Assembly: GCA_964016885.1 (NCBI GenBank) | Contig: OZ024743.1 | Location: 168,454,001 to 168,518,000 of the forward strand | Direction of reading: 5' to 3' | Source of the DNA: Eledone cirrhosa | Lineage: Eukaryota | Length of the DNA stretch: 64,000 bases | Shown here: one piece after another, positions 26,849 to 41,384 of the stretch | Position numbering within the stretch: the first letter of the stretch is position 1 | How the letters are laid out: every line of letters starts with the position of its first letter | Made by a program: the position numbers and the translations under genes | The notes under the pieces: generated by a model | The model's input: the letters and a program-made list of their open reading frames with translations, nothing else | Databases searched by the model: none | What the model was told of the DNA's origin: nothing

Positions 26849-27869
26849 ATATATATATATATACATATATACACATATGCGCAACACGCACACAGAAATA
26901 AATATCTAAAAATAAAAAAGATGGGTATGTGAAGGGTAAGGTAGAAAGTAGGAGGGGGGAATAAATGACATAGGAAAAGGTTTAAATATAAGGGGAGATA
27001 AGGGAGAAAAAGAATATAAGAGTACAGAAAGTGTATTCAGAAGGTAAAAATCGTAGTGGATGTAAAGCGTAGAGAGCAGAGAAGTTCAAGGTGGTTGAGT
27101 TATCGTAGGAATGTCAATCCAGTTACAGATCAGATGTGATTTCAGGTGAGGAGAACATCTGAAGATCCATAGACACATACAGAGGAACAGAGAAAGATAG
27201 AGGGTGGGAAGAACCTAAATGTCCCTATATATATCTATAAACTATTGAAAAGCCTCGTTTGCAAGTTTTCTGTAGTTTTCCGACAACCAATATTGATTTG
27301 ACGGGACAAGAAAGAGAGCCAAAGTTTCAACGGAAGTGGGTGCATATATGCTATTGAATCGTCTTCAACGTATTTCTAAAATATATTTCATCGATCAATT
27401 TGGGATGAAATGCAAAACTCGAATCTGCAAAGATTTGAATTTGGAATCAAACATATATTTTAGTTCGATGAACAAACGTTTTTGTCAATCCATCACATTT
27501 TTAGTTGTAATTATTCATAAACAATTTCGGTTCCCGGTTGTAAAAACTATTTCAGTTTTCTTCACGTTGCTAATATACATTAGGAAGGCATAAACATCAC
27601 AATTACATTTATCCCAACTTATCCCTATGTAATAAATCAATATTATGGAAGACATAATATGTAGTATATGGTGATGTTTAACAGGCTTAAAATCAATTGT
27701 GCATGCGTATTCAGGCATTTATTATCGATCTGAGTATTTTCCTATTGAACATTGCATGTTATTGAAAGAAGTTACCAACCATGCGTTACTTCATTCGGTT
27801 TTTGGTTGGTTTCAAAATATTTAGTGAGGTTTTAGTTGCTGTTATTGACATTTTTTAATGTATGTGCCT

Positions 27870-27968
<99 letters not shown>

Positions 27969-27971
27969 TAC

Positions 27972-28082
<111 letters not shown>

Positions 28083-28383
28083 TGTGTATGCGTGTGTATG
28101 CGTGTATAATATTTTCTGTTTTCTTTTGATTATCCTTTCCTGATGATTTCGTCCGGTCTTTCACTCTTAGTTTGTAAACTTACAAAGAGTAGTGTGTATG
28201 ATCTAATCTATTGCATCAAACAATCTGCCTGTGGGTTTGTGTATCTGGCTGTTGACCGATACATATGTTTGTGCTTATGTATATAAAGATATGTATGTAT
28301 ATACACATACGTACGCACATATATACATATATATGTGCCTATGTGTGTATATACATATAAAAATGTATATGTATATATGTGTG

Positions 28384-28446
<63 letters not shown>

Positions 28447-29088
28447 GCGTGCGTGCACACATCATTTTCAACACAAACATGATCAAGCGTAAATTATTCT
28501 AATCACTTCTTTCTTTTCCCGTTTCACTCCCTCCCTCTTTCTCTCGCTCCCTTTATATACTTCTTTATGCTTCTCTTTCACTTATCTCGCCCCTCCTCCC
28601 TTCCCCCCTCTCACTCTCTCTCTCTGTTATATATATCTCTCACTTTTGTCTTTGTCTTTCTCTTCCCCCATCTCCATGCAACCTTCGTTTTTCACTTCAG
28701 ACTTTTCTCCATTAACCCCACCTCTTATATAACCCTACATCTAAAATGTTCTACCTGTGTATCTATCTATCACTGTTTAACATTCATTGTATATTTTAGT
28801 TAATAACTCTCTCTCTCTTTCACCCCCCCCCCCCACACACACTCACACAACAATCCAGAGACTTGCATGAAACATACATTCAGAAATGTTATAGCATCAT
28901 TAGGTTCAGCAATGAACACATGTGAACGAGAAGCAGAGTAACTACTATGGAAAGCATCCTTGAAACATTGAAAAGAGAATGGAAAGAGAATGGAAAACAC
29001 ACAACTTACATCACACGAAATGATTCCAAAAGCAGCAATCGTTATCGGAAAATAATAGAAAGGATAATAATCACTCTCAGTCAGTCTG

Positions 29089-29157
<69 letters not shown>

Positions 29158-29531
29158 TCGTGAGTGAATAACAATATTCGGTTTGTTTGCAAGCGAACAG
29201 CCCCATTAACACCATGTCTGTTTTCTAGATGACCAACGTCCTCCTCTTGTTTCAGTGGTAGTTGAGAAAAAACAATCGACAATTGTTTCGGAGTTTTTGC
29301 TCCTTATCGAGACTATATTCTGTATATGCATTGCTACCCGCTAGAACTGCTGAGAATACATAGTATTCTCAAATGTAAACATCTGCTGATTAGCCTAACT
29401 TGCACACCGAGCGATTTTATGTCCTGCTTTCCCAAAAATAAAAAAAATAAAAAAATTTGTTTCGCTCTTAACATGGTGGGTACCTAACAAACCGAATACT
29501 AATAATAGGATAATATTATTATAATACTATT

Positions 29532-29710
29532 ATGGCGGTGGATTGGCAGTATCGGTAGAGGGTCGGACGCCATGCTTTGACGCTCTTGCCATTCTGAGTT
29601 CAAATCCCACCGAGGTTAACTTTGCCTTTCACCCTTACGGGGTCGATAAAATAAAGTACAGCAATGCACTGGGTAATTGCTGGCCTTGTGCCAAAAGTAG
29701 AAACAATTAT
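29532..29710 (+). mobile_element. tRNA-derived SINE (Deu/Nin-like)
   Basis: Match to family; flanked by the direct repeat ttattataatactatta (probable target-site duplication). Confidence 0.85.
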
Positions 29711-29800
29711 TATAATACTATTATTATTCACTCACGAATACATTTAGGTATCTACCATGGTAAGAGCGAAAACAAATTTTGTTATATATATATATATATA

Positions 29801-30644
29801 CTAGCCGAATGACCCGCACATTGCTGCGTTTCACACATCTTATTCTTATTTTGTTTCTTGTAAATAACTTTTTATAAAATATCAATTCAAACTTGATCAT
29901 TTCATTTTTGTGTAAAGCATTATTTTCAAATTAGAAATTCACAGTTTAATTATTTATTTTTTGACATAATAAATACATGAAAATATTTTTTTTTACTTTG
30001 TCCTAATGAAGAACTTCAGAGTAAACAACATTTCTTGTCTTTCTTTGATTGGCTAAGATGTAGAGATTTTTTGAAGTTCCAGTTCTTGGAAAACTTGGGT
30101 TTGTCAGATCTATACCAATAGTTTTGAAAGTTTGACCTTGACTCTTATTGATGCTCATGGCAACGCATGGCCTCACTGGGAACTCCAGCCTCTTAAATGT
30201 AAAAGGCAACTCTCTATCACTTGGTATAAGTGGAATCCTCGGAATGAGAAGAGCTTGACCTTTGTAAGCCCCGAATATAATGGTTGCTTCAAACAAGTTC
30301 TCATGCAATCTTGTTACAACACATCTTGTTCTATTAATTCGCCAAAGTTGTCCCTATAGGGGGTTTAACCCCCATTAGGGTGTCTTAATATTATTGAAAT
30401 TTTCTGAAATTTTTTGAATAGGCATCACATCTTGTCATTTACCTATGGTTTAAATTTCATATGAATCGAAGGGAAAAGATTTTAAACGAGGGTTTGAAAT
30501 ATACTTATCCAAGTACCCTGGGCAATGTAGTTTCAGAATATATATGGTTATGGGGGTCTATCTCGAAAACCATAGGAGGAGTTCGTGAACAAACAAACAA
30601 GTAAACAAACAAACAGACAGGAACTACAATTCTATATATATAGA
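29801..30644 (-). mobile_element. Internally deleted Helitron with a PIF1-helicase C-terminal remnant (30003-30340)
   Basis: A|TC start and CTAG|T end on the minus strand; LIPRIPLIPSD..LPFTFKRLEFPVRPCVAMSINKSQGQT...TRNVVYSEVL. Confidence 0.85.
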
Positions 30645-32163
30645 TATATATAAGTGTATAGAACTAGACAAACAGAGTTTGTGTTAGTACGCCGAAATTA
30701 CCCGCTCGCTCAATGATTTCACGGGGCTTGTATTTCGGAAGTCCCTGTCCGTGATTCAGAGCGTACACATTTAGTTATTAGTGGTAAATTCGGAGCTATG
30801 TGCGGGTGTTGTATAAATCATCCCGTACCAAACGTAAATCGATGGTTTCATCACTGCATCCCTTGCATCGGGTGCATTTGCTGCACCCAGTACACAGAAA
30901 CCTTGCGTTAATTCCAGAATCATCAGGAATGAACAAAAGTGGCGATGACCAATACAGAGATTCGTCAACGGGGAGCCATCCTGTATGTTCTATTTCAAAG
31001 GTCTGTTAGTAGCAGTTCTCGACGGTTAACGTCTTCACGTGACTTCCAAAAGAGGAAGGAGACAGTCATAAGTGATAGAACCAATCACATATTTAGGCGA
31101 CTAAATTTCAAACAGTTTGAAAATAGCACCAAAAAGCTCTTAACTTATATAAAAATAAGTCAGAAGTGCATGATATATTGAATTAATATATTAAATAATA
31201 TGATATATAGAATATAGAAACATTCAACTTACGATCAGAGGTACATCCTTTGCGAAGGAGAATTAATATATGTGTATCGAACTAGACAAACTGAGTACGT
31301 TTGTATATATAAACTTAAGAGAAAAGCAAAGAGAGGATATTTTTTTACGGGGAAACATTAAAAAATTATTTTTTTAAAATAAAAATACAAACGAAGAACA
31401 CAGAACTCCAGTGTCATCGACCGTTGAGCTGGATTTTGGCAGTTTCGACACCTACCATGACATGCATTTGCTTTGCAATGTAAATAATTAAATACCAAAT
31501 ATTTATGTATAATGTAGATATATAACTACACATATTGAATTAGAAGCTTCATGTTAAAGGAAGACAGGTTAAACACTTTCTACTTTCGTACAAACTACAA
31601 CATTATTTTTATGCGATTTAAACATTATTTTCTCATCATCGTGTTGGTCCTGCCAGTAGAGGATTCTTGGTAAAATTACTATGTTAGTCAAGCATTAAAT
31701 TTATCTTAAATTTATTTTACTCTCTCTCCCTCCATTTTTCAAATTATATATCACTCTACCGCTTTCTCGTTCCATTTACCCCTTATTCTCTCCCTGTCCC
31801 GCCCCCACCTCTCTCAAAATAAATTAGAATGAAGACAATATTAGTTGTAAATAACTTTATTATTTAATATTCTATTTCTCTACACTGCAGAAACTCAAAG
31901 ACACAGAAATAGCCCATTTATAAATATAAATGTAGGAGAATTATGACATAATATAATTTTATTATGACAAATATAAATTTATATGTGTAACGCATAACGA
32001 TTTGGAGACATTTGAATAAGAAACAAATATGTTTTCACTATTTCACGTGATTCTCTCCCTTACACGAAAACGTGGATAAGCAATGTAATAGTAATACTGT
32101 ATGTTTAATTAAAAACATTTTGAAGACATTGCGCTATAATTTTCAACAAAGGTCGGCGAGTGC

Positions 32164-32209
32164 TAAGCTCTGATGAACACCAACAGTGTGTAACAGATCT
32201 GTCAGCTTA
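32164..32209 (+). ncRNA. Type I hammerhead with a GAAA-to-GTAA mutation, inside a fold-back (arms ~32093-32142 and ~32259-32305)
   Basis: taagct CTGATGA ACAC-caaca-GTGT GTAA CAGATCTG TC agctta. Confidence 0.75.
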
Positions 32210-32345
32210 TCTCCCTTCCCTTGTTGAAAAAAGAAGTAAGTGACATAGTCACTACTTTAAAATAATAGCGCGTCTTCAAAATGTTTTTAATTAAACATAC
32301 AGTATATCGCCAGATATACTATACATACATGTATACATCGCTATT

Positions 32346-32440
<95 letters not shown>

Positions 32441-33119
32441 GGTGGGGAGTGATACATGATTGAAATATACGTTAGAGAAATTCATATTTCTATAGGTTTG
32501 TTTAGTGAATTAGTCCTTGGTCTCAGAGAATCGTTTACCATTTCATTTTTCTTAATGCATTCTCCATTTTAATTTGGCTTGATTTTTCGAAATGGTATAT
32601 TGAGCACTCTTAACGAACTAAGAACTATATGCTGATGATGGTGGTACACACACACACACACACGCACATACAAATCACACAAACACACACACACACATAT
32701 AACCCAAACACACACACACACACAAACATATATATGTATATATATATATATAGATCCATACATATTTGTGTGTATTTAATAACGTGTGTATTTAATAACG
32801 TACCTATTGAACACACAAACACACACTCCCAGACACATACATATTCATACACACAATGTGACGTTTTAATCCAATGAAAATAAAAAACTATTACATATAG
32901 ATTCACACACACATACACTCACACACACACTCACACACATTATCTGTGTCTATGTGTAGATGTGTGAGTGTTTAATTCCATGAGGCCTAATATACATAAC
33001 AAACGCACAAACACACACACACACTCACAGACACATACACACTCATATACAAAATGTCAGTCGTGATGGTGGTGGTGGTGGTGGTGGTGGTGATGGTTTA
33101 CTATAGTTGACTATAAAAA

Positions 33120-33272
33120 TATTATTTCAGATAAATTCTTATATTGTTTTAATCCAAATGAAAATAAAAATTACATGTTGACACTCCCGGGTAAAATTTG
33201 ATTTGATTTGGTCCAGCCGTTAGAGAATGCATAGGAACATACAGACAGAGAGACAAAGAATTTTATATAGAG
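33120..33272 (-). mobile_element. Helitron-like 5' end fragment
   Basis: Minus: tctctatataaaattc...tgtctgtatgttcc...aacggctggaccaaatc, similar to the 5' end at 57164. Confidence 0.45.
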
Positions 33273-33346
33273 AGGGATATACAGGAAAATACTGTGTGTA
33301 TGTATGTATGTATGTGTGTATGTATGTATGTGTGTATGTGTGTATG

Positions 33347-36300
33347 GTCTTCTAGTTTTATAATTTCACAAAGTTTTACCAATAGAGAGAGAGTCGGTTT
33401 CTAACATAGACACAAGACTCTCTCATTGGAATTTACACAACATCAACTAGGTAGATATGTATGTATGCATGCATGTGTAGATATGGATGTCATTGTATGT
33501 GTGGATGTGTATGTTTTGAGTTGTATGTGTGCATGTGTATATGCTTTGTATCTGTACATGTGTATATGCAGTTATTAGATGCAACATTTTTGGAATGTTT
33601 TACATGTTTTTACTGTTCCATTAATGGATTGTACTTGTAATTTCCTAACTAGTTGTGTTCTTTCTGTTCCTGTGAAGCCTAGCTTCTCAAGATTTGTATT
33701 GAGGCAGTTACTAACATATTCCAGTGCCTCAATAGTTACAGGCATAAATCTGAAGGTGTAATCAGGGTGGAGTGTCTGCAGATTTCTCATCAGTTCTGCA
33801 TAAATATTCTCCTTTTCACTAATCTTTGATATTATATTGGCATCTGCTGGGCAGCTAATTTCCACTACTGTGCATGTTTTCTTCTCCCTGTCCCATATCA
33901 TAATATCTGGTCTGTTATGCCTGTATTTTATTGGGGTTTTTACTGGAACATTCCACCAGTACTCTTTCATGGATGTCTTCCACATTGTCGTAGCTTTTAA
34001 TGTTTTTATTATCGGGGCTACCTTTTTTACGAACTGCATTGTACAGTGATTTGGCCACTACATCATGCCTCATAGGTAGATAGTACCGCGATGACATCTC
34101 TGGACAGCTGCTGATGACATAGATGATATCCTCGATGTTAGTTCTGCAGAGTCTGCACTTGTTATCACATCTAGGTGTTTTGCCTGCATCCCTATCTCTT
34201 TTGTGAATCAGGTATTTCGTGCTAATCTTCTGTTCTTGGATTGCAAAAGCGTATCCTTCAAAGTGGGAGTCAATATAGCGGTTGTTGGTCCAAAATAGAC
34301 TACTTTCCTTATCAATATTTCTCTCACTCTGGAGCTTCCTGGCAACATATCCATGCATGATTTTTTGCTGATAGGCATGCAGTTTTTCATCCATGGATTC
34401 ACTGCGATACTGCTGGGTGTGAGTTTTTGATTATAACACAGGGAATATCTCCCAAGGAGTTCCTTCCCAACTCTCATGATCTTATCTGTTTCATGCAGAT
34501 AGACTTGCTCGAGAGACGGGCTCCTACGCTTCGAGGTTCGTAGATGTTGTCGGAGAGATATGATGCGACATTCAAATGTTGTCTGGACTGATGTTAGGCC
34601 TCTGCCTCCCTGCTTACGTTTCAAGTAAAGGCGATCTATGTTACTGTTGATGTGGAAGTTTCCGGTGTTGTTCAGTATTTTTCGAGTTCCAACATCAACT
34701 GCTCGGATTTCGTCTATCGTCCAATTGAGTATTCCAAACGTTGGTGTTAGGACAGGCACAGCAAACACATTGTGAGCCACTGTTTTGTTTTGCGCAGAGA
34801 GTTCCGATGACCAGATCTTTCTTAATCGGGTGTAGTATTCCCTGGTTACGCGTTCTTATTTACATATACCATTATAGGATATGTTCTTATCTATCCCCAG
34901 GTATCTGTAGCAGTCCTCATCAGATATCGGTGAAACAGTTAGACCATTGATGACAATGTTGCTAGATTGGGTTGTTGTTTTTCCCCGCTTTACAGTCATG
35001 TATGAGCATTTATCTTGGCCAAACTCCATTCCTATATCCTTTGAGAACGTTATAACAAGGTTAAGATTTTTCTTCATCCCATGCATGTTCTTGGCATAGA
35101 GTTTCAGATCGTCCACAAAGAAATTATGGGTTAGGTTCGTATTTCTGTCCTCCTGTGAGCCAGTGATGTATCCTTCACATTTCTTGAGCAGAAAAGACAA
35201 GGGGTTTAATGACAAGATGAACAATATCACAGAGAGACTGTCTCCCTGAAATATACCCCTGCAATATTTTATCAGTGAAAATAGAGTCCTCCCTCTCTGT
35301 CTTTAACCTTAGGATAGTAGCCCAAGAAGAAGACAGCCTCTCTATGGCTCTGACAATAATGTCTGGGACTTTAGCAAGTTGGAGGGCCTCTATCATCCAA
35401 GAGTGGGGAACAGAATCGAAAGCTTTTCTGTAGTCCAGCCAGACTGTAGTCATATTCCTCCTAAGTTGTCGCACCTCCGACATCGCAGTTTTGTTGATTA
35501 GGAGTTGTTCAGCACATCCCCAAACCCCTTTCTTTCCAGCTGCTTGTTCACCTGTGATGATGTTGGATTTTTTCACAGTGATCTTGGAGGAATAGCTTCA
35601 GACAGGCTGTATACATCTTATACATCAGGTTCTGACACGCAATGGGTCGGTAGTATTTTGCTAAGTGTGTGTCTTTGATCTTGGGGACCAGTAATGTTTG
35701 TGCTAATGTCAACTTTCTGGTATAAGTGTATCTCCCTTAAGAACTTAGCCACACTTCATCTTGGTTGAAATTTTTCTTTTCACCCCATATTTCTTTCCAA
35801 AAGGAATCTATGTCTTTCTGGGATGGGGCCTCAGTGACACTTATTATTTTGCCCTTCATATCTCTATAGACTGGTGTTTGGTTTCGTCTGAATCTTTTAT
35901 TAAGCACTTTTCTCTCATCTACCTTCTTCAGGTATCGACGTTTTTCGCTAACAGTTCTCAATTCTTGTTTGAGTGTGATCAGCTTATATTGGAGAGTTCT
36001 GGTTCTACTGTTACCAAACATCGTCTCTATTTTATTTTTCACTCTTTGTTGGTGAGGAGTGAAGTTTTTTGTGTTTGTTTGCATGTAAGGAGCATTGTCA
36101 CATATCCTATGTTTTTTCGTAGGTCAGCACTCTTTTTTTCTATTTTAGTTATATATGATGGTATTTTTGGAGGTGTTCTGTTCTTGTTAATATCTCTGCT
36201 ATCACCAAGATAATGCTTCACTGTCGTTGCTAGGGCATATAAACAGGCGTTGATTTGCCAAAATGTTGGGGTTTTTATCCGTCCTAAATATTCATCCCCT

Positions 36301-36912
36301 ATTTCGTCAATAACACGTAATATTTCATTATTTTTTTTTTTTTTTTTTATTAAACATTGTCGTTTTAACACGTTCAGCAAGAGAGATATTTATACATGAA
36401 TTAATTTCTCTCTGGAAGATTTCGTTGACGGAAATTTTCAATTGTTTATACTTTTGATTATCGTTATCGATAGTATTTTCCACAGCAGTCGCGGTAGACT
36501 CGGATGGTATACGTGGTGTCACAATTATTCGATTATTATTATTATTTCTTCGATTATTATTAATATCGATAGTGTTTTCCCCAGCATTCGAGGTAGACTT
36601 AGATGGTACATGTGGTGTCAAGTTTCTTACAAGCATAGTTGTTTCAAGTCGCTCTTCGACCTGGCTGCTAGCAGGTCTAGTAGCATGGCGACCTGTAGCA
36701 CGTGTTGTTGATTCCATGTTTGTTGTGGGGGACTTACAATTAATAATATTTATCTTATTTTTACGTTCAACAAACGTCGCTTGTTGGCGTAATTGTTTCG
36801 CTGTGAAATAATTTAGCTCTGGGTGCATTTCGTCCCAGTGTAGCTTCATTCCATAGCCAATGGAGGGATTGTTTTTTGCTATTTTATAAGAATTATATAA
36901 ATCATTATTAAG
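33347..36912 (-). mobile_element. R4/Dong-type non-LTR retrotransposon (RT plus CCHC plus RLE), decayed, flanked by (TATG)n
   Basis: YRPIACQNL, EQAAG, WLDYRKAFDSVPH, FQGDSLSV, HNFFVDDLKLY, LYLKRKQGGRGL, CRLC...C...RHD, NRPDI...VEIS; multiple frameshifts. Confidence 0.92.
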
Positions 36913-37229
36913 TATGTATGTATGTATGTATGTATGTATGTATGTATGTATGTATGTATGTATGTATGTATGTATGTATGTATGTATGTATGTATGTATG
37001 TATGTGTGTGTATGTATATATGCAGTCATATATGTGACCAGCAAACCAAAGATGTATGGTTATAATAACGATTTATAATTATGCTACATAAGTACAACTG
37101 TATATTGTGGTCAATTTATTCTTAGGCACATAGCTTACTTTGTAAATCATAAACAACGATTTCGGTAGTTTCTGCCCGCTTTCGTAGTCGCTAAACAGGA
37201 CATTATATATATATATATATATATATATA

Positions 37230-37997
37230 TGGAAGAGAATGAAACGAAATTTCATTTCTCACCCTTAGTACGGCTGATACTTAAATGTAAGTATATATAC
37301 GTACATACATATATGTATACAGACTTACAGTAGTATGTATATATACACATACATGCACACATATATATATGTACGTATGGGATAACCGAACATTTATTAT
37401 AATGTTCGATTTGTTTGTACGGCGTAATTCGGGCTGTTTGTTTACAAACCGAACATTATAATAAATGTTCGGCAAACCCATACGTACATATATACATGTG
37501 TGCATGTATGTATATATATACATACTACTGTACGTCTGTATACATATATGTATGTACGTATACATACTTACATTTAAGTATCAGCCGTACTAAGAGTGAG
37601 AAATGAAATTTCGTTTCATTCTTTTCCATTTATCGTTTTCGGAACGCCCGGCCGACTAAGTCACTCGATATGCAAATTAGGCTGCTCAGCCGTTAATATG
37701 CATAAGGAAAGTATATACTTTCAAACGTTCAATCATCTGACAGGAAGGTATACGATGCTGACGATAGCTAATAATTTTGAAACTAGTACATCGTTCCTTT
37801 GTCAGTGTTGAACAAATAGGCGACAATGGTTCCCGAACACTGTACGGCGTAATTCTGGCTGTTTGTTTACAAACAAACCGAACATTATAATAAATCTTCG
37901 GTAAACCCATACGTACATATATATATGTGTGCATGTATGTATATACATACTACTGTACGTCTGTATAGATATATGTATGTACGTATACATACTTACA
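37230..37997. mobile_element. Retrozyme-like unit: 425-bp partial tandem (37417/37842) preceded by an inverted arm (~37230-37415)
   Basis: gtacggcgtaattc recurs at 425-bp spacing; 37230-37415 is the reverse complement of ~37443-37628; flanked by (TA)n. Confidence 0.8.
37752..37794 (+). ncRNA. Minimal type I hammerhead, GUA site
   Basis: acgatg CTGACGA (weak stem II) GAAA CTAG TA catcgt. Confidence 0.7.
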
Positions 37998-38165
37998 TAT
38001 ATATATATATACGCTTTCATCAAATAAAATACAAAGTTGTTTTATAAATTTTGACATAACCAAGAAAAGATACCCTAACGGTTCAAGTTTTCTACAATCC
38101 AAGAAAAACTTGAACCGTTAAGGTATCTTTTCTTGGTTATGTCAATATTTATAAAACAAACTTTG

Positions 38166-38226
38166 TATTTTATCTGATGAAAGCGTACCAAAATGTTGGT
38201 ACCCTTGAAATATATATAATAGAATA
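38166..38226 (+). ncRNA. Type I hammerhead, AUA site, in a fold-back (arms ~38010-38090 and ~38104-38188)
   Basis: tattttat CTGATGA AAGCGTACCAA-aatg-TTGGTACCCTT GAAA TATATA TA atagaata. Confidence 0.8.
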
Positions 38227-38249
38227 AATATGGTTTTACAAATATTGTT

Positions 38250-40245
38250 TCCATTTATTTAATACCACAGGTATGCAAATACACGCACGTACACAAAAAA
38301 ACCAAAAAAAACCCCGCACGCACATACAGAACCCACGCAACGCCTGTACCCGCACGCATACGAATGCATACACCAAATATACATAAAAATATATATAAGA
38401 AAAAAAATATATATATATATGTGTGTGCGTGTATACATATAATTAAATAAACGTATATAAATAAATAAATACGTATATAACAAGCGCACACTCATACCTA
38501 CATGTAAAACCACACATATGTTCGGAGACGTACGTCAACCAAAACACAAAGTACACAAATTCACACACCCTACATACGTACGAACCCGCATACTCACACA
38601 GACGCAAAACTCACGTATACACTTAACCTAAAGCATATGTACCGGAATATATAATATATACGCCATAACATATACAATGAAATATACGTACGAGAAAGTA
38701 TACGTACCTTCACAAAACATACAGGTAATATATACTTACCTATACAAATAAGTAATGGTATAAACATAATATATACTTAGCTACCACATCAAGACGTAAA
38801 ATATCCGCGTATAGTTCGTACTATCCGTTAGGGTATAATGTGGGGCTGTAATACAGGAAAGTTTTGTGCAATTTATGTTTACAAGCCGAAATTGCCTCAG
38901 ATTTTTTGTTTAAGATGTGGTCTTTAGCGCAGGGTATTTCCAGGGCCTCAGCGGCGCAGAGGTCACATGGCCTTTTATTTCCGTTATACGATCTAGCCCT
39001 AGCTAGGATCTCCCAGTGTAACTTATATCGCGTGTGGTTGTTTTTTAGACTCCAGATATAAGCTGAAAGTGACGTCATATTCCTTCTTAAAGGGTTACGA
39101 AAAGAATGGTATGCATGTAAAGACGCTGCTTGAATCTATTGGCGGTTAACCCTATGTGGGACCTACAGGATGTGGGTGTTTCAACCTTACATTTGTAGAC
39201 AATGTTACTAGAGAGGAATTTCCCGGATAGGGGGGAAGTCAACCCGATTCCTACAATTACAGTTAGTACTAACTACAGGGTTGCACCTATTCCTACGGCT
39301 AGGTAGTTTAGCTAAATTTGAAACTGTGATGTTATGTGCAAGGTTAGGAGTCGTAGAGTAAGAAATTTTAATAGTATTTCTATTAAAAATGTTAATATAT
39401 TTATGTGTAGGGGGAAAATGCTTCATAATAAGGGAAAGAAAGATCTTAGCTAATGGTGTGGCTACCTCCATATTATATGGTGGGTTATACCATGTAATGC
39501 GTCGGTATGTGTGTGCGCTTGTTATATACGTATTTATTTATTTATTTATATACGTTTAGTTAATTATATGTATACACGCACACACACATATATATATATA
39601 TATTTTTTTTTATGTGCGGGTACAGGCGTTGCGTGGGTTCTGGATGTGCGGGTTTTTTGTTTTTGTTTTTGTTTTGTGTACGTGCGTGTATTTGTATTCC
39701 TATAGCGAGTGTTTTCGCGTATGCTTGTGTATGTACGTTTATGGATGCGTGTATGTATTTATTTAATTTCAAATGCCTCTGTATTTTATTTACTTTATTC
39801 TTGACTCTGACGCCGAGAATCATTCGGTTTCCAAGTCTACGACTTCAGTTATACCATTTACGTTGTCTTTGCGTGCAATTGTTCTCCCCGCTCCACATAT
39901 GACGTATTATCTTTGTTTTTTCCGTTCTTTGCCAGAGAACGTCTCTATGAACCACCTAATAGAATATTGGTCTACGACTTCTTTTATACCATGAACATGG
40001 TTTTGTCTTTGCGTGTTGTTTTTCACCGCTCCAAATAATGATGTATTATTTTCATTTTTCCCAGTTCTTTGCCAGGGAACGTTTCCACGAACCAAAGTAT
40101 CGTCTTCCTGTCTTCCTCCGGTTGCAACGTTTTTTTAAATATTCACTTCTGCGTTCACAGATTGACTTTGTTAGTTTCAGAAGATCCCGTTAAGGGTGAA
40201 AGCAGCGATTCTTTGCTTAAACTTTAATCTGTTATTTTAATAAAT
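38250..40245 (-). mobile_element. PLE 3' fragment (GIY-YIG, 38821-39505) with its tail repeated in inverted orientation at 39506-40245
   Basis: TWYNPPY...KHFPPTH...IFNRNTIKISYS...CNCR...IWSLK...CDLC...LNKKSE...CKH; the inverted tail ends in the CAGAAGA motif at 40173-40223. Confidence 0.85.
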
Positions 40246-40259
40246 ATATATATATAGAT

Positions 40260-40509
40260 ATAGTTTTGCGAGATTTTTTGCTATGAAATCGTGTGTCGAA
40301 ACAAATATTGTTATACTTGGGGAGGGTCATATTTGTGTAATATTGCCAGAATTAATAACAGAACACACATTGGTCAGTCAATAGAAACATTGAGGACCGA
40401 ATCAATTAGATTACTGATATAAAAGACACAGAAGCGAAAAGCGAAAACCAACCAAACAGTGAGTGTGTTCTGTTATTAATTCTGGCAATATTACACAAAT
40501 ATGACCCTC

Positions 40510-40513
<4 letters not shown>
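40260..40513. repeat. ORF-less fold-back made of the termini of the 24013-26848 PLE
   Basis: ggggagggtcatatttgtgtaatattgccagaattaataacagaacacac and its reverse complement, with the 26700-type spacer. Confidence 0.8.
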
Positions 40514-40557
<44 letters not shown>

Positions 40558-41384
40558 GGTTTCCCCAAAAATGTATACAAACTTTGATTAGAATGCTGTT
40601 GAAGTGTGTATACATTTTTTATATAAAGCGTATATATATATTCGTTCGCGTGTGTGTTAGTATGTATTATGTATGTATATACGTATTTGTATGTGTGTAT
40701 GTATGTGTATATGTATATATGTCTCTATGTATCTGTGTGTTCGGCAATCTGTCCGTACATTACAGAGATTGCCGAACTCGCACACACAGACGCATATTGT
40801 AAATGGACTATTTTAAAGACTACAAAATCTCGTAGAAACTACCTAAGACATTTTTTATTATTACTGGTAGACCGTCAAATAACATGCATTGCAATACATT
40901 GTTACGGCACTTTACGTTCTGAGTTCAAATCCTGTCGAGGTTAGCTTTACCTTTCATCCTTACGGGGGTCATAAAATAAAGTACCAGTAACGTACTGGAT
41001 TTTCAATAGCAATATTTGCTAGGTGTGTTTTGGCAGATCAATTTTTTGTGTGGAACTATCAATAGCTGTTTAAGTCCTTCTTCCATCCAGCTTTCTTCAT
41101 TCAGATTGAATGAGCCGGGGAAATTTGAGCTCGAAGAGTATCGAACTTATTCAACAATCTTATGTATAAAAATAACAAACTTGCTACCTTAGCGCTCAGC
41201 AACAAACACAGAACTATTGAAGACGTCATTGCAATTATTGAAGAAATTATAACCAAGTAAACATATTCAAGTAGTGTTCAAGCACCCTGCATATCACCGA
41301 TTCTAAAGCCCTTTGAGGAAGGGTAGTAACATCTCCTCTTCCCCCTCTCTCACTGAAACATCTTCTCTTTCCACCTTCCATTAT

